NCBI GenBank assembly: GCA_963734495.1
Contig: CAVTHK010000013.1
Coordinates: 320,001-384,000 of the forward strand
Origin: an uncultured Spirochaetota bacterium
GTDB taxonomy: Bacteria; Spirochaetota; Spirochaetia; SZUA-6; CAVTHK01
Reading direction: 5' to 3'
DNA length: 64,000 nt
The stretch's first letter is position 1, and every line of letters starts with the position of its first letter. The notes beneath the pieces were generated by a model that did not search any database, was not told the DNA's origin, and saw nothing but the letters and a program-made list of their open reading frames with translations. The position numbers and the translations under genes are program-made. This document shows positions 23,638 through 32,063 of this stretch, one piece after another.

Positions 23638-25160
23638 AGCAGCGAGAGGGCCGGGATCACGCCGCACAGGACGCCGGCGGCGGCCGACGCGCTCATCAGC
23701 GCGGTGAGCCGCGTGCCCGCGGGCCGCGCCCACGCCCCGAAGCTCGCCAGTATGAAGGCGGCCGTCGCCGCGGGCGGCACCGCCGCGAGCAGCGCGGGCG
23801 CCGGGGCCAGCGAGCCCGACGCGCCGAGGAGGATGAGCGCCGCGGCAGCGCCCGCGGACGCTGCGGCGGCGACGGCGAGCACTGCACGCGGCCCGATGTT
23901 CACCGCGATCGACCGCTTGCCCGAGGCGCGGTCAGCGTCGAGATCGGGGATCTGCGTCAGGCACAGAGTGGTGAAGACCGACAGCGAGATGGGCACCGCC
24001 ATCAGCTCGAGCGACGCGCCCCGAAGGACGCCGGCGATCGCGGCGGGGTCCGCCTGCAGCGCGAGCCCCACGGCCATGAGCGGCGCCCCGTACGCGACGA
24101 GGGCCGCGACCTCGCCGAGCCCGATGCGCGCGAGGCGCAGCGGCGGCAGGCTGTACTCCAGCCCCAGCGCGAGGGCTGCGAGCATGCCGGCGGCCAGGAT
24201 CCAGTGCGCGCCGAGGGCCACGGCGGCGCCTCCCGCCGCCAGCGCGAGCGCCGCGGCGGCCTTCCAGCCCGCGGCGAGCATGCGCCGGCTCGCGAGCCCG
24301 CGCGCGAGCAGCCCGGTCCCTCCCGAAAACGGCGTGCGGTTGCGGTTGATCGCATCGGTGTCCGCGTCGGCAGCCTCGTTGGCGAGCGAGACCGCCGCGT
24401 GACCGAGGAACCCGATCGCCTGCGCGGCGAGCAGTCCCAGCAGCCGGAAGCGTCCGCCGATCGAGGCGCCCAGGGCGCTCCCGAGAAAGACGGAAGCAGA
24501 GGTAAAGGAAAACAGGGGAAGTCGGCACGCGGCGACCAGCGTCCGGCACGCGGCGGCCAGGCGCTCAGCGCGGCCGCGCGGCCGGCCGGCGCGCGCCGCG
24601 ATCGCCTCGGCCTGCGCGAGCCAGCGCGCGCGGGCCTCGCTCGTGGAGCCGCGCACCGGACCGAAGAGGCGGAACCGGCACGGCTTGAGCCCGCAGAACT
24701 CGAAGGCTCCCCGCAGCAGCCCCTGCAGCGCCTGGATGCGGCGCTTCATGTACAGGATCGGGATCGGAGTGTCGGTCGTCACGAGCAGCAGGACGTCGCG
24801 GCCGTCGAGCTTTCCGGTCGGGATCCCGGCCTTGTTGTACTCGAACGAGTAGTCCTCGGTCAGGACCCGGTCGAGATAGCCCTTGAGCATGGCGGGCAGC
24901 GAGGCCCACCACATCGGCGTGACGAGCACGAGCGTCTCCGCCCACCACAGCTCTTCCTGCAGCGCGAGCGTCCCGGGCGAACCGGCGTTCTCGGGCAGGT
25001 CGCGGAGAACCGGGTCGAAGCCCTCGGCGTAGAGGTCGTGAAAGCGGACCTCGGCGCCCGAGCCGCGCAGCCCTCGCAGCACTGCGTCCTTGATCGAGTG
25101 ATTGAAGCTGGCCGCGGACGGATGGCACAGAATCAGCAGAACGCGCCTTGGCGCACCCAT
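23622..25160 (-). CDS. Fusion: flavodoxin-like NAD(P)H (quinone) dehydrogenase plus UbiA/MenA prenyltransferase
   Basis: N-terminal LCHPSAASFN, DLYAEGFDPVL, TPMWWASLPAMLKGYLDRV; C-terminal ANEAADADTDAIN..TPFSGGTG, YSLPPLRL..IGLGE, IPDLDADRASGKRSIAV; single frame; SD GGAGG. Confidence 0.85.
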   Translation of the reverse strand: MGAPRRVLLILCHPSAASFNHSIKDAVLRGLRGSGAEVRFHDLYAEGFDPVLRDLPENAGSPGTLALQEELWWAETLVLVTPMWWASLPAMLKGYLDRVLTEDYSFEYNKAGIPTGKLDGRDVLLLVTTDTPIPILYMKRRIQALQGLLRGAFEFCGLKPCRFRLFGPVRGSTSEARARWLAQAEAIAARAGRPRGRAERLAAACRTLVAACRLPLFSFTSASVFLGSALGASIGGRFRLLGLLAAQAIGFLGHAAVSLANEAADADTDAINRNRTPFSGGTGLLARGLASRRMLAAGWKAAAALALAAGGAAVALGAHWILAAGMLAALALGLEYSLPPLRLARIGLGEVAALVAYGAPLMAVGLALQADPAAIAGVLRGASLELMAVPISLSVFTTLCLTQIPDLDADRASGKRSIAVNIGPRAVLAVAAAASAGAAAALILLGASGSLAPAPALLAAVPPAATAAFILASFGAWARPAGTRLTALMSASAAAGVLCGVIPALSLLLARS

Positions 25161-25187
25161 AAGCCTCCAAGGCAAGGGGAGTGCAAT

Positions 25188-26003
25188 TTACTGCGAAAAG
25201 CGGGAGGCCGGCGAGAGCCTCGCCCCAGCAGCGCTTCGCGCAGGCGGCCGCGCACCTCCGCGGTGACGCCGGCGCGCGCGGCCAGGTACGCCTCGAGCGA
25301 CCCGTAGCGCGCGCGGACGACGTCGAAGGCGGCCGCGAGATACCGCGGCCGCGCCTCCAGGAAGACCCTCGCGAAGCGCGGCCTCGCGCATCCGCCCGCG
25401 ACGCGGTCGACGAAAGCGCGCCGGCACCAGTTGGTCAGCAGGTAGTCCCGCATCGCGAGTGCCCGGGGCACGCCGAGCGCCGCGAGGATGAGCGTGCACA
25501 GGAACCCGGTGCGGTCCTTGCCCGCCGTGCAGTGGAGCGCGAGCGGAAGGTTCCCCGGATCGCACAACGCCTGCACCACCCCTCGCGCGTGGCCGGCGAG
25601 GTCGTCCACGAACCCACGGTAAATGTCAAGGTGAAGGCGCCTGCCCTCGGTGTCGCCTTCACCGCCCGCCTTTACCGCGTGCCACACGGTCTTGAAGCGC
25701 TCGATCGCGTCGCTGGTCATGGGCATGGGAAGCGCACGCGCGCCGGCAGGCAGGCGGTCGGGGTCGACCCGCTGCACATCGGGCTCGCGCAGGTCGACCA
25801 CGGTCCGGATGCCGAGGCTCCGCGAGCCGCGCGAGGTCCTGCGGCGAAGCCGCGCTCCAGGACCCGGAACGGAAGAGCACGCCCGTGCCTCGTGACGCGG
25901 CCGTCTCCGGCCGGGATGCCGCCGAGGTCGCGGAAATTGTCGATGCCCTCGAACGCGAACGACGCGCCGCGAGGTCGCGCGCGGCCGGGCGCCGGACGAT
26001 CAC
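25188..26003 (-). CDS. Tyrosine-protein phosphatase family (PtpB/IphP-like), frameshifted, 3' end approximate
   Basis: NFRDLGG, LFRSG, TVVDLR, catalytic loop HCTAGKDRTG, DYLLTN, YGSLEAYL. Confidence 0.85.
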
Positions 26004-26962
26004 CGGTCAGCCACGCGCACGCGGCCGTTGGCGACGAGCCAGTCGACCGCCTCGCGGACAGCCTGGAACGAGCTGTAGCGCGGCTGAAAACCCAGCAGCC
26101 GCTTCGCCTTCGCGATGCTGCAGTTGGGGCTGTGCGCGATGTGGTCCCACGTCGCCTTCGCCTCTTTCTCGCCGACGCTCGCGCGGAACTCCTCCCACGG
26201 CAGGAAGCGAAGCCGCGCCTCCCTGCCGAACCACGACGCGACTTCCATCGCGTAGCCGCGGAGGGTCACGGCCGCTTCCGACACCACGTGGAAGCTCTCC
26301 CCGACGGCCGCGCCCCAGTGGTCGAGGGCGGCCTCGAAGGCCTGGGCGACATCGTCGGCGTGCACGTGGTGCACGGTCTCCATCCCGATGTTCGGGAGCG
26401 CGACCTCCTCGCCGCGGGCGAGGCGGCCGTAGACTTCGGGGTCGAAGTTGCCGGTCGGGTTCAGGGGGACCCACCCGGGCCCCACGATGTGGCCGGGGTG
26501 CAGCACGGTCGCGGGCAGGCCGCGGACGCGGGCTTCGCGGAGGAGGTACTCCTCGAGCGCCGCCTTGTTCACTCCGTAGTCCCCGAACGGGCGCCGGGGC
26601 TCGGCCTCCGTCGTCGGCACGGAGCGGCTCGGCCCGTGGACCCAGACGGTGCCGCAGACCAGGAGGTGCCGCACGCGGCCGGCCAGCGCCTCGGCGAGCT
26701 GCCGCCCGCTTGCCTCCGTAAAGCAGATCATGTCGACGACCGCGTCGGGGCCGAGATCGGCGATGCGGCGGCCGAAGCTGCCCCGCGCCTCCTCCGCCGC
26801 GCGGTCGAGCGGGACCCGAGTGACGCGGCTCCACGCCGCGTGCGGCAGATAGGGCTCACGCTGGCCGCGGCTGACGTTGACGACCTCATGGCCCGCGGCT
26901 ACGAGCCGCGGGACCAGGAAAGTCCCGACGTGGCCGCTGCCGCCGATGACGACGATCTTCAT
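26000..26962 (-). CDS. NAD-dependent epimerase/dehydratase family protein
   Basis: IGGSGHVG, YGVNK (YxxxK), HPGHIVGPG, HHVHADDVA; ATGA overlap with the upstream gene. Confidence 0.9.
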   Translation of the reverse strand: MKIVVIGGSGHVGTFLVPRLVAAGHEVVNVSRGQREPYLPHAAWSRVTRVPLDRAAEEARGSFGRRIADLGPDAVVDMICFTEASGRQLAEALAGRVRHLLVCGTVWVHGPSRSVPTTEAEPRRPFGDYGVNKAALEEYLLREARVRGLPATVLHPGHIVGPGWVPLNPTGNFDPEVYGRLARGEEVALPNIGMETVHHVHADDVAQAFEAALDHWGAAVGESFHVVSEAAVTLRGYAMEVASWFGREARLRFLPWEEFRASVGEKEAKATWDHIAHSPNCSIAKAKRLLGFQPRYSSFQAVREAVDWLVANGRVRVADR

Positions 26963-28899
26963 GCGGGCGCCGCGGCCTTTTCGGCCTTGGTGGCCAGGAT
27001 CTCCTCCGGGACCACGGTGATGAGCTTCGCGAGCTCGTCGAAGACGAAGTCGATGTCCATGACCCCGCGCAGCGTCCTCCCGTCGTGGACGGGCGGCTTG
27101 GTCCCCGCAGCGGCGCGGCCCGTCGGCGCGGCGGCCTTCTTCACCTTGCTCTTCCTGGCGGGCGCCTGCGCGTAGATCGGGACGGCGGCCGTCATGATCA
27201 GCCGGCCGGTGTACTTGGAGAAGAAGAGGTCCGAGTAGTAGGGCTCGCCGTTCTTGAGCACGTTCACGAACCAGTCGTGCTTGCGGAAGTCCTTGTTCAG
27301 CAGGTTGCGGTAGAGGGCCTTTTCGCCGCGCTGCGTGTGCACCTGGCTGATGCGCCGGCCCTCGGTGTTGGTGACCGCGATGAGCTGGATCGAGCCTTCC
27401 TTGCGCACCACCTCGTGCAGGAAGCGCTCCATGCGCTCGGCGTCGAGGGCCTGCACGGCCTCGGAGGCGGAGATGCGGCCCGCGAGCGTGACCGCCCTGG
27501 CGACCGCCTCGCGCTTGACCTTCTCGAAGTCCGACAGGAACAGGTGCGGCAGGTAGTGGCGGGCCTGCGCGATCAGCTCGTCGGGCGAGATGCTGCTCGT
27601 GCGGCCCTGCTCGTACTGCTCCATCACCCAGTTGTTGATGTGCCGGACGCCGGGGTGGCGCTTGGACAGCGGCTCGAACCGGATGCCGGTGATCTCCGGG
27701 ATGTTGTCGTTCATCCACTGCGCGATGCCGGCCAGGCCGCTCTTGTCCGTGACGGTGATCCGCAGCGGCCGGCCGAGGATGCGGTCGGTGTCGAAGATGT
27801 TGTAGATCTCCTGGTTCTTCATGATGCCGTCGGCGTGGATGCCGGCGCGCGTGGTGTTGAACTCGCTGCCCGCGAACGGGTAGTTGGACGGTATCGGCGC
27901 CTTGACCTGCTCGCGGAAGTAGTCGGCGATCTCCGTGATCACCCGGGTGTCCATGCCGTCGTCGGTGCCGCGCAGGCTGATGTACTCGATCACCGCCGCC
28001 TCGAGCGGCGGGTTGCCCGTGCGCTCGCCGTAGCCGAGGAGCGACGCGTTCAGCGACGCGCAGCCGTACAGCCAGGCCGTGGTCGCGTTGATGTGCACCT
28101 TGTGGAAGTCGTTGTGGCCGTGCCACTCCAGCCACTCGGGCGGATAGCCGAGCTCGTAGGCAAAGGCGTGCACCAGCTTCGGCACGCTGCGCGGCAGCAT
28201 CGCCTCGGGGTAGGTCAGGCCGTAGCCGAGGGTGTCGCAGAGCCGGATCTTGATGCCGACGCCGCTCTCCTCCATGAGGCGAAGCACCTTTTCGGCAAAG
28301 GGCAGGCAGAAGCCGTAGATGTCCGCCCGGGTGACGTCCTCGAGGTGGCAGCGCGGCCGGATGCCGTTCGAGAGCGCCTCCTTGACGATGGAGAGGTACT
28401 CCTCCATGGCGGCCGCCCTCGTGGTCTTGAGCTTGAGATAGATGTGGTAGTCGGAGCAGGAAGTGAGGATCCCGGTCTCCTTGAGGCCGAACTCGCGCAC
28501 CAGCTTGAGGTCGGCGGCGGCGGCGCGGATCCAGCTCGTGATCTCGGGATACCTGTAGCCGAGCGCCTGGCAGCCTTCGACCGCGGCGCGGTCGCGCTTG
28601 GAGTAGATGAAGAATTCGCTCTGCCTGATGATGCCCTTGGGCCCTCCGAGCCTGTGCAGCATCGAGTAGATGTCGACGATCTGCTGCGGCGTGTACGGCG
28701 GGCGCGCCTGCTGGCCGTCGCGGAACGTCGTGTCCGTGATCCAGATCTCCGGTGGGGGCTGCGGGCGCACGTAGACGCCGTCAAAGAGGATCCGCGGGAT
28801 CTCCGTGTAGGGGAACTGCTCGCGGTACAGCACGGGCGCCTCGGGCTCGATCATGGGGAAGGAGCGGGCGGGCACCGGCGCAAAGGGGCTCTTGACCAT
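26959..28899 (-). CDS. DRE-TIM metallolyase, Re-citrate synthase-like, with C-terminal Cache/PDC-like domain
   Basis: ITDTTFRDGQQARPPY, ITSWIRA, CSDYHI, RCHLEDVTRAD, EWHGHNDF, GERTGN, TRAGIHADG; C-terminal IQLIAVTNTEG...DWF...YYSDLFFSKYTGRLIMTAAVPI...GVMDID. Confidence 0.85.
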   Translation of the reverse strand: MVKSPFAPVPARSFPMIEPEAPVLYREQFPYTEIPRILFDGVYVRPQPPPEIWITDTTFRDGQQARPPYTPQQIVDIYSMLHRLGGPKGIIRQSEFFIYSKRDRAAVEGCQALGYRYPEITSWIRAAAADLKLVREFGLKETGILTSCSDYHIYLKLKTTRAAAMEEYLSIVKEALSNGIRPRCHLEDVTRADIYGFCLPFAEKVLRLMEESGVGIKIRLCDTLGYGLTYPEAMLPRSVPKLVHAFAYELGYPPEWLEWHGHNDFHKVHINATTAWLYGCASLNASLLGYGERTGNPPLEAAVIEYISLRGTDDGMDTRVITEIADYFREQVKAPIPSNYPFAGSEFNTTRAGIHADGIMKNQEIYNIFDTDRILGRPLRITVTDKSGLAGIAQWMNDNIPEITGIRFEPLSKRHPGVRHINNWVMEQYEQGRTSSISPDELIAQARHYLPHLFLSDFEKVKREAVARAVTLAGRISASEAVQALDAERMERFLHEVVRKEGSIQLIAVTNTEGRRISQVHTQRGEKALYRNLLNKDFRKHDWFVNVLKNGEPYYSDLFFSKYTGRLIMTAAVPIYAQAPARKSKVKKAAAPTGRAAAGTKPPVHDGRTLRGVMDIDFVFDELAKLITVVPEEILATKAEKAAAPA

Positions 28900-28927
28900 G
28901 CGGGGCGACTCCTTATCAGGCGGCGCG

Positions 28928-28958
28928 ATTGTACCCCCATCGACGGGCCCAGTGTCAA
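28928..28958 (-). promoter_or_regulatory. Sigma70-type promoter TTGACA-N19-TACAAT
   Basis: Near-consensus hexamers upstream of SD AAGGAG and ATG 28899; the spacer includes a homopolymer run. Confidence 0.65.
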
Positions 28959-28969
28959 GCCGAATCGAG

Positions 28970-29010
28970 CACAAAACTGACAGAAACTACGCCTTCATGT
29001 CAATTTTGTG
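28970..29010. repeat. AT-rich inverted repeat (13-bp arms, 1 mismatch, 15-bp spacer) in a divergent promoter region
   Basis: CACAAAACTGACA 28970-28982 and TGTCAATTTTGTG 28998-29010. Confidence 0.8.
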
Positions 29011-29113
29011 TCCGCGCAGGGCTGCCGGATCCGCGGTCGCGCGATGCAGCCGCTGCGGCCGCCGCGCGCCGGCGCCTTTCCACGAGCGCGCCGCCGGGAT
29101 ATCCTCGCGAGTC

Positions 29114-29914
29114 ATGGACATCGTCGATACCCACTGCCACGCCTGCCTCTCCTGGTACGAGCCCGCCGAGATGCTCGTGCGCCAGATGGACGCGAACGGG
29201 GTGCGCTTCGCCTGCCTGGTCCAGATCAAGGGCCAGTACGACAACGGCTACCAGGCCGACGTCGTGCGGCGCTACCCGGGCCGATTCGTCTCCGTCGTCC
29301 ACCTCGACGCGGCGCGGCCCGACGCCGAGGCGGAGCTCGAGCGTCTCGCCGCCGAGGGCGCCCGCGGACTGCGGCTGCTGCCCGGCGACCGCTCTCCCGG
29401 CCGCGACCCGCTCGCGATCTGGAAGCGCGCGGCCGCGCTGCGGCTTCCCGTCAGCACGGGCGGCGGCGGCGCCGAAGAGCTCCTGTCCTCGGGGCTCGAG
29501 ACCGTCGTCCGCAGCATTCCCGACCTGACGGTCATCGTCGAGCACCTGGGCTCCGGCAACCGCCCGGACGGAGAAGCGCCGCCCTGGCCGCTGCGGAAGC
29601 GGGTCTACGACCTCGCGCGCTATCCCAACGTCTGCATCAAGCTCCACGGCCTCGGCGAGTTCGCGGCGCGGGCCATGCCGGTGGCGGAGCCGTTCCCCTT
29701 TGTGCGCCCCGTCCCGCCGCTGCTCGATATGGCCCTCGAGCGCTTCGGGCCGAAGCGCATGATGTGGGGGAGCGACTACCCGCCCGTGAGCTCGCGCGAA
29801 GGCTACGGCAACGCGCTTCGCCTGCCGCGGGAGCACCTTTCGCCCTGCGGCGCCGAGGCCGTGGCGGAGCTGTTCGGCGGCACGGCCATGCGGATCTACC
29901 GGATCGGCTCGTGA
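29114..29914 (+). CDS. Amidohydrolase_2 family protein (sugar lactonase-like)
   Basis: IVDTHCH, VIVEHLG, PNVCIKL, FGPKRMMWGSDYP. Confidence 0.88.
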   Translation: MDIVDTHCHACLSWYEPAEMLVRQMDANGVRFACLVQIKGQYDNGYQADVVRRYPGRFVSVVHLDAARPDAEAELERLAAEGARGLRLLPGDRSPGRDPLAIWKRAAALRLPVSTGGGGAEELLSSGLETVVRSIPDLTVIVEHLGSGNRPDGEAPPWPLRKRVYDLARYPNVCIKLHGLGEFAARAMPVAEPFPFVRPVPPLLDMALERFGPKRMMWGSDYPPVSSREGYGNALRLPREHLSPCGAEAVAELFGGTAMRIYRIGS

Positions 29915-30525
29915 TCACGGGCGCGGGCGCCGGCGCGGGCGTGCGGGCGCCGGCGAGCCGGCGCGTGACGCTGCTCACCGGCGCGCGGGGCGCCGGGAAG
30001 AGCACGGTCTGCCTGCGGATGGGCGAGCTCGCCCGCGGCGCCGGCATCGCCGTCGCCGGCATCGCCTCGCAGGGCGTGTTTCGGCAGGGCGCTCGCGTCG
30101 GCCTGGAAGCGGTCGACCTGGCGACGCGCGAGCGCTGGCTGCTCGCGAGCACCGTCGAGCAGCAGGACGGACCGGCCGTGGGTCCCTTCAGCTTCAGCCT
30201 CTCTGGCCTCCAGCGCGCGCTCGCCGTTCTGGACCGCGCCCTGGACCGCTTCGCGCAAAGCGCGGCTCTGCCCGGGACCGGGCTGCTCATCCTCGACGAG
30301 GTCGGCCCCCTCGAGATCGCGCGTCACCAGGGCTTCTTCCCCGTGGTGGCACGCCTGCGGATCACGCCGTCGCCGGATCTCCTGATCGTGGTCCGACCGG
30401 AGCTCGTCGGAGAGCTGCGCGCGGCTCTCGGCGATGGCCGCTTCACGGTCGTCGAGGTCACGCGCGACTCCCGCGACGCGCTCCCCGAACGGCTCCTCGC
30501 CGCAGTCGACGCGAGGCCGGACTGA
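29911..30525 (+). CDS. THEP1/DUF2478-like NTPase
   Basis: Walker A TGARGAGKST, Walker B LLILDEVGPLE; GTGA coupling. Confidence 0.8.
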   Translation: MITGAGAGAGVRAPASRRVTLLTGARGAGKSTVCLRMGELARGAGIAVAGIASQGVFRQGARVGLEAVDLATRERWLLASTVEQQDGPAVGPFSFSLSGLQRALAVLDRALDRFAQSAALPGTGLLILDEVGPLEIARHQGFFPVVARLRITPSPDLLIVVRPELVGELRAALGDGRFTVVEVTRDSRDALPERLLAAVDARPD

Positions 30526-30531
30526 GAGTCC

Positions 30532-31467
30532 TTACACGATCTGCAGCACCAGCTTGCCGAGCACCCCGCCGCGCTCGCGCTGCGCGAACGCATCGCGGAT
30601 CTGCTCGAGCGGGAAGGTCCGCTGCACGGCGATCCTGATCTTCCCTTCGGCCGCCAGGCGGGCCAGACCCTCCAGCCTCGCCGTCGTGACCTGGGTAAAC
30701 TGGGAGCTTGCCTTGACGCCCCGCTTCTCGGCAAGAGCGGCGTCGGGCATCCCGGCCAGAGACACGATCGCCCCGCCTTTCCTGACCGCCTCAAAGGAGC
30801 TCTGCAGGAGGTCGCCGCCGACGTTGTCGAGGACCGCGTCAAAGTCCGCGGCGAGGTTCCTCAGCGAATCCTTGCCGAGATCGATCACGGCATCCGCCCC
30901 CAGCCCTTTCACGAACTCGACGCCCTTGCCGCGGGCCGTGGCCGTCACGCGGACCCCGAGAGCCTTTGCGAGCTGGATGGCGAACTCGCCGATCCCGCCC
31001 GAGCCGCCTGTCACCAGGAGCTTCTGTCCGGCCCGCAGGCCCAGGGTCTCGAAAGCCTGGACCGCGCTCACACCGGCCAGCGGAAGCGCCGCGGCTTCCG
31101 CAAAACCGACCTTGTCGGGGATCTTCGCGATCTGTCCCTCGGCGACCGACGCGATCTCGGCAAACGCCCCGCTGGCTCCCGCGAGGGCGCTCGCCGAGCC
31201 AAAGACGCGGTCTCCGGCCCGCACGCCGCGCACGCCGCTGCCCACCTCGCTCACGACACCCGCGATGTCGCAGCCGAGCGTGATCGGAAAGGCCAGGGGC
31301 ACCATCTTTGCCATATAGCCGGCGCGCACCGCGGAATCCACCGGGTTGAGGCTCGCCGCGTGGACCTTGACGAGGACGCGGCCCTTTCCCGCGACGGGGG
31401 CCGGTGCGTTCCGCTCGATGGTGATGACGCCCGCATCGCCGTATTCCTTGATCTGCGCTGCTTTCAT
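30532..31467 (-). CDS. NADP-dependent quinone oxidoreductase-like (MDR family)
   Basis: HAASLNPVD, GCDIAG, TGGSGGIG, GKLVL; SD AGGAGGAG. Confidence 0.9.
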   Translation of the reverse strand: MKAAQIKEYGDAGVITIERNAPAPVAGKGRVLVKVHAASLNPVDSAVRAGYMAKMVPLAFPITLGCDIAGVVSEVGSGVRGVRAGDRVFGSASALAGASGAFAEIASVAEGQIAKIPDKVGFAEAAALPLAGVSAVQAFETLGLRAGQKLLVTGGSGGIGEFAIQLAKALGVRVTATARGKGVEFVKGLGADAVIDLGKDSLRNLAADFDAVLDNVGGDLLQSSFEAVRKGGAIVSLAGMPDAALAEKRGVKASSQFTQVTTARLEGLARLAAEGKIRIAVQRTFPLEQIRDAFAQRERGGVLGKLVLQIV

Positions 31468-31674
31468 GACTCTCCTCCTCCGGCGGCCGTCGCCCCGGAG
31501 TCGACTCAATGTGATTACCAGCAATATACGGACGCGGCGGACCGCAGGGGTATCCCGGCGGCGGATCGGAGCGGATCGCCCGCAGATTTGACTCGCCCCG
31601 GCTACCGGGTGTAGAAATGCGCGCAGCCGGACCTGATGCAGGCAGGCAGCTTTGTCCGGTGCAGAGGAGACGCA

Positions 31675-31926
31675 ATGGCAACCAGCTCCGACAGGCTCAA
31701 GACCAAGATCTATGACGCGATCAAGGCCTCCAGCGAGATCAAGCCCGGCAACTACATTTCCGTGAACGTCAAGACTGGCGGGCTCTTCGGCTTCGGCAAG
31801 CGCGTGATCGAGCTCACGGGCCGCGCGAACTCGGACAAGGACAAAGAGGCGATCGAAAAGATCGCCCGCGACCTTGCCGAAGGGGCGGAGGTGGTGAGCA
31901 CCGTCAGGACCGGCCGCACGGGCTAA
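31675..31926 (+). CDS. Small BON-domain-like protein (83 aa)
   Basis: D..LK..I...I...ISVNV...IELTGRA.S...KE.IEKIA......VVS pattern; SD GAGGAG; no signal peptide. Confidence 0.65.
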   Translation: MATSSDRLKTKIYDAIKASSEIKPGNYISVNVKTGGLFGFGKRVIELTGRANSDKDKEAIEKIARDLAEGAEVVSTVRTGRTG

Positions 31927-32028
31927 GGTCCGGCTCCTCCTCTCTTCCTCGGCACCGCGCAACTCCTCCCCCTGCGGACGGCGCGACGCGACTCAGGGCC
32001 CGACCCGCCGAGCCCTGCCGGCGGTCGA

Positions 32029-32058
32029 TTGACCTGCCTTCGCGCCGCGCCGTATCTT
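32029..32058 (+). promoter_or_regulatory. Promoter TTGACC-N18-TATCTT, leaderless geometry for uvrA
   Basis: -10 ends 5 nt before ATG 32064. Confidence 0.6.
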
Positions 32059-32063
32059 GATCG

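Noticed and set aside
31632-31640. CTGATG resembling a hammerhead ribozyme core
   Set aside because: Lacks the full CUGAUGA and GAAA core and the three-stem junction
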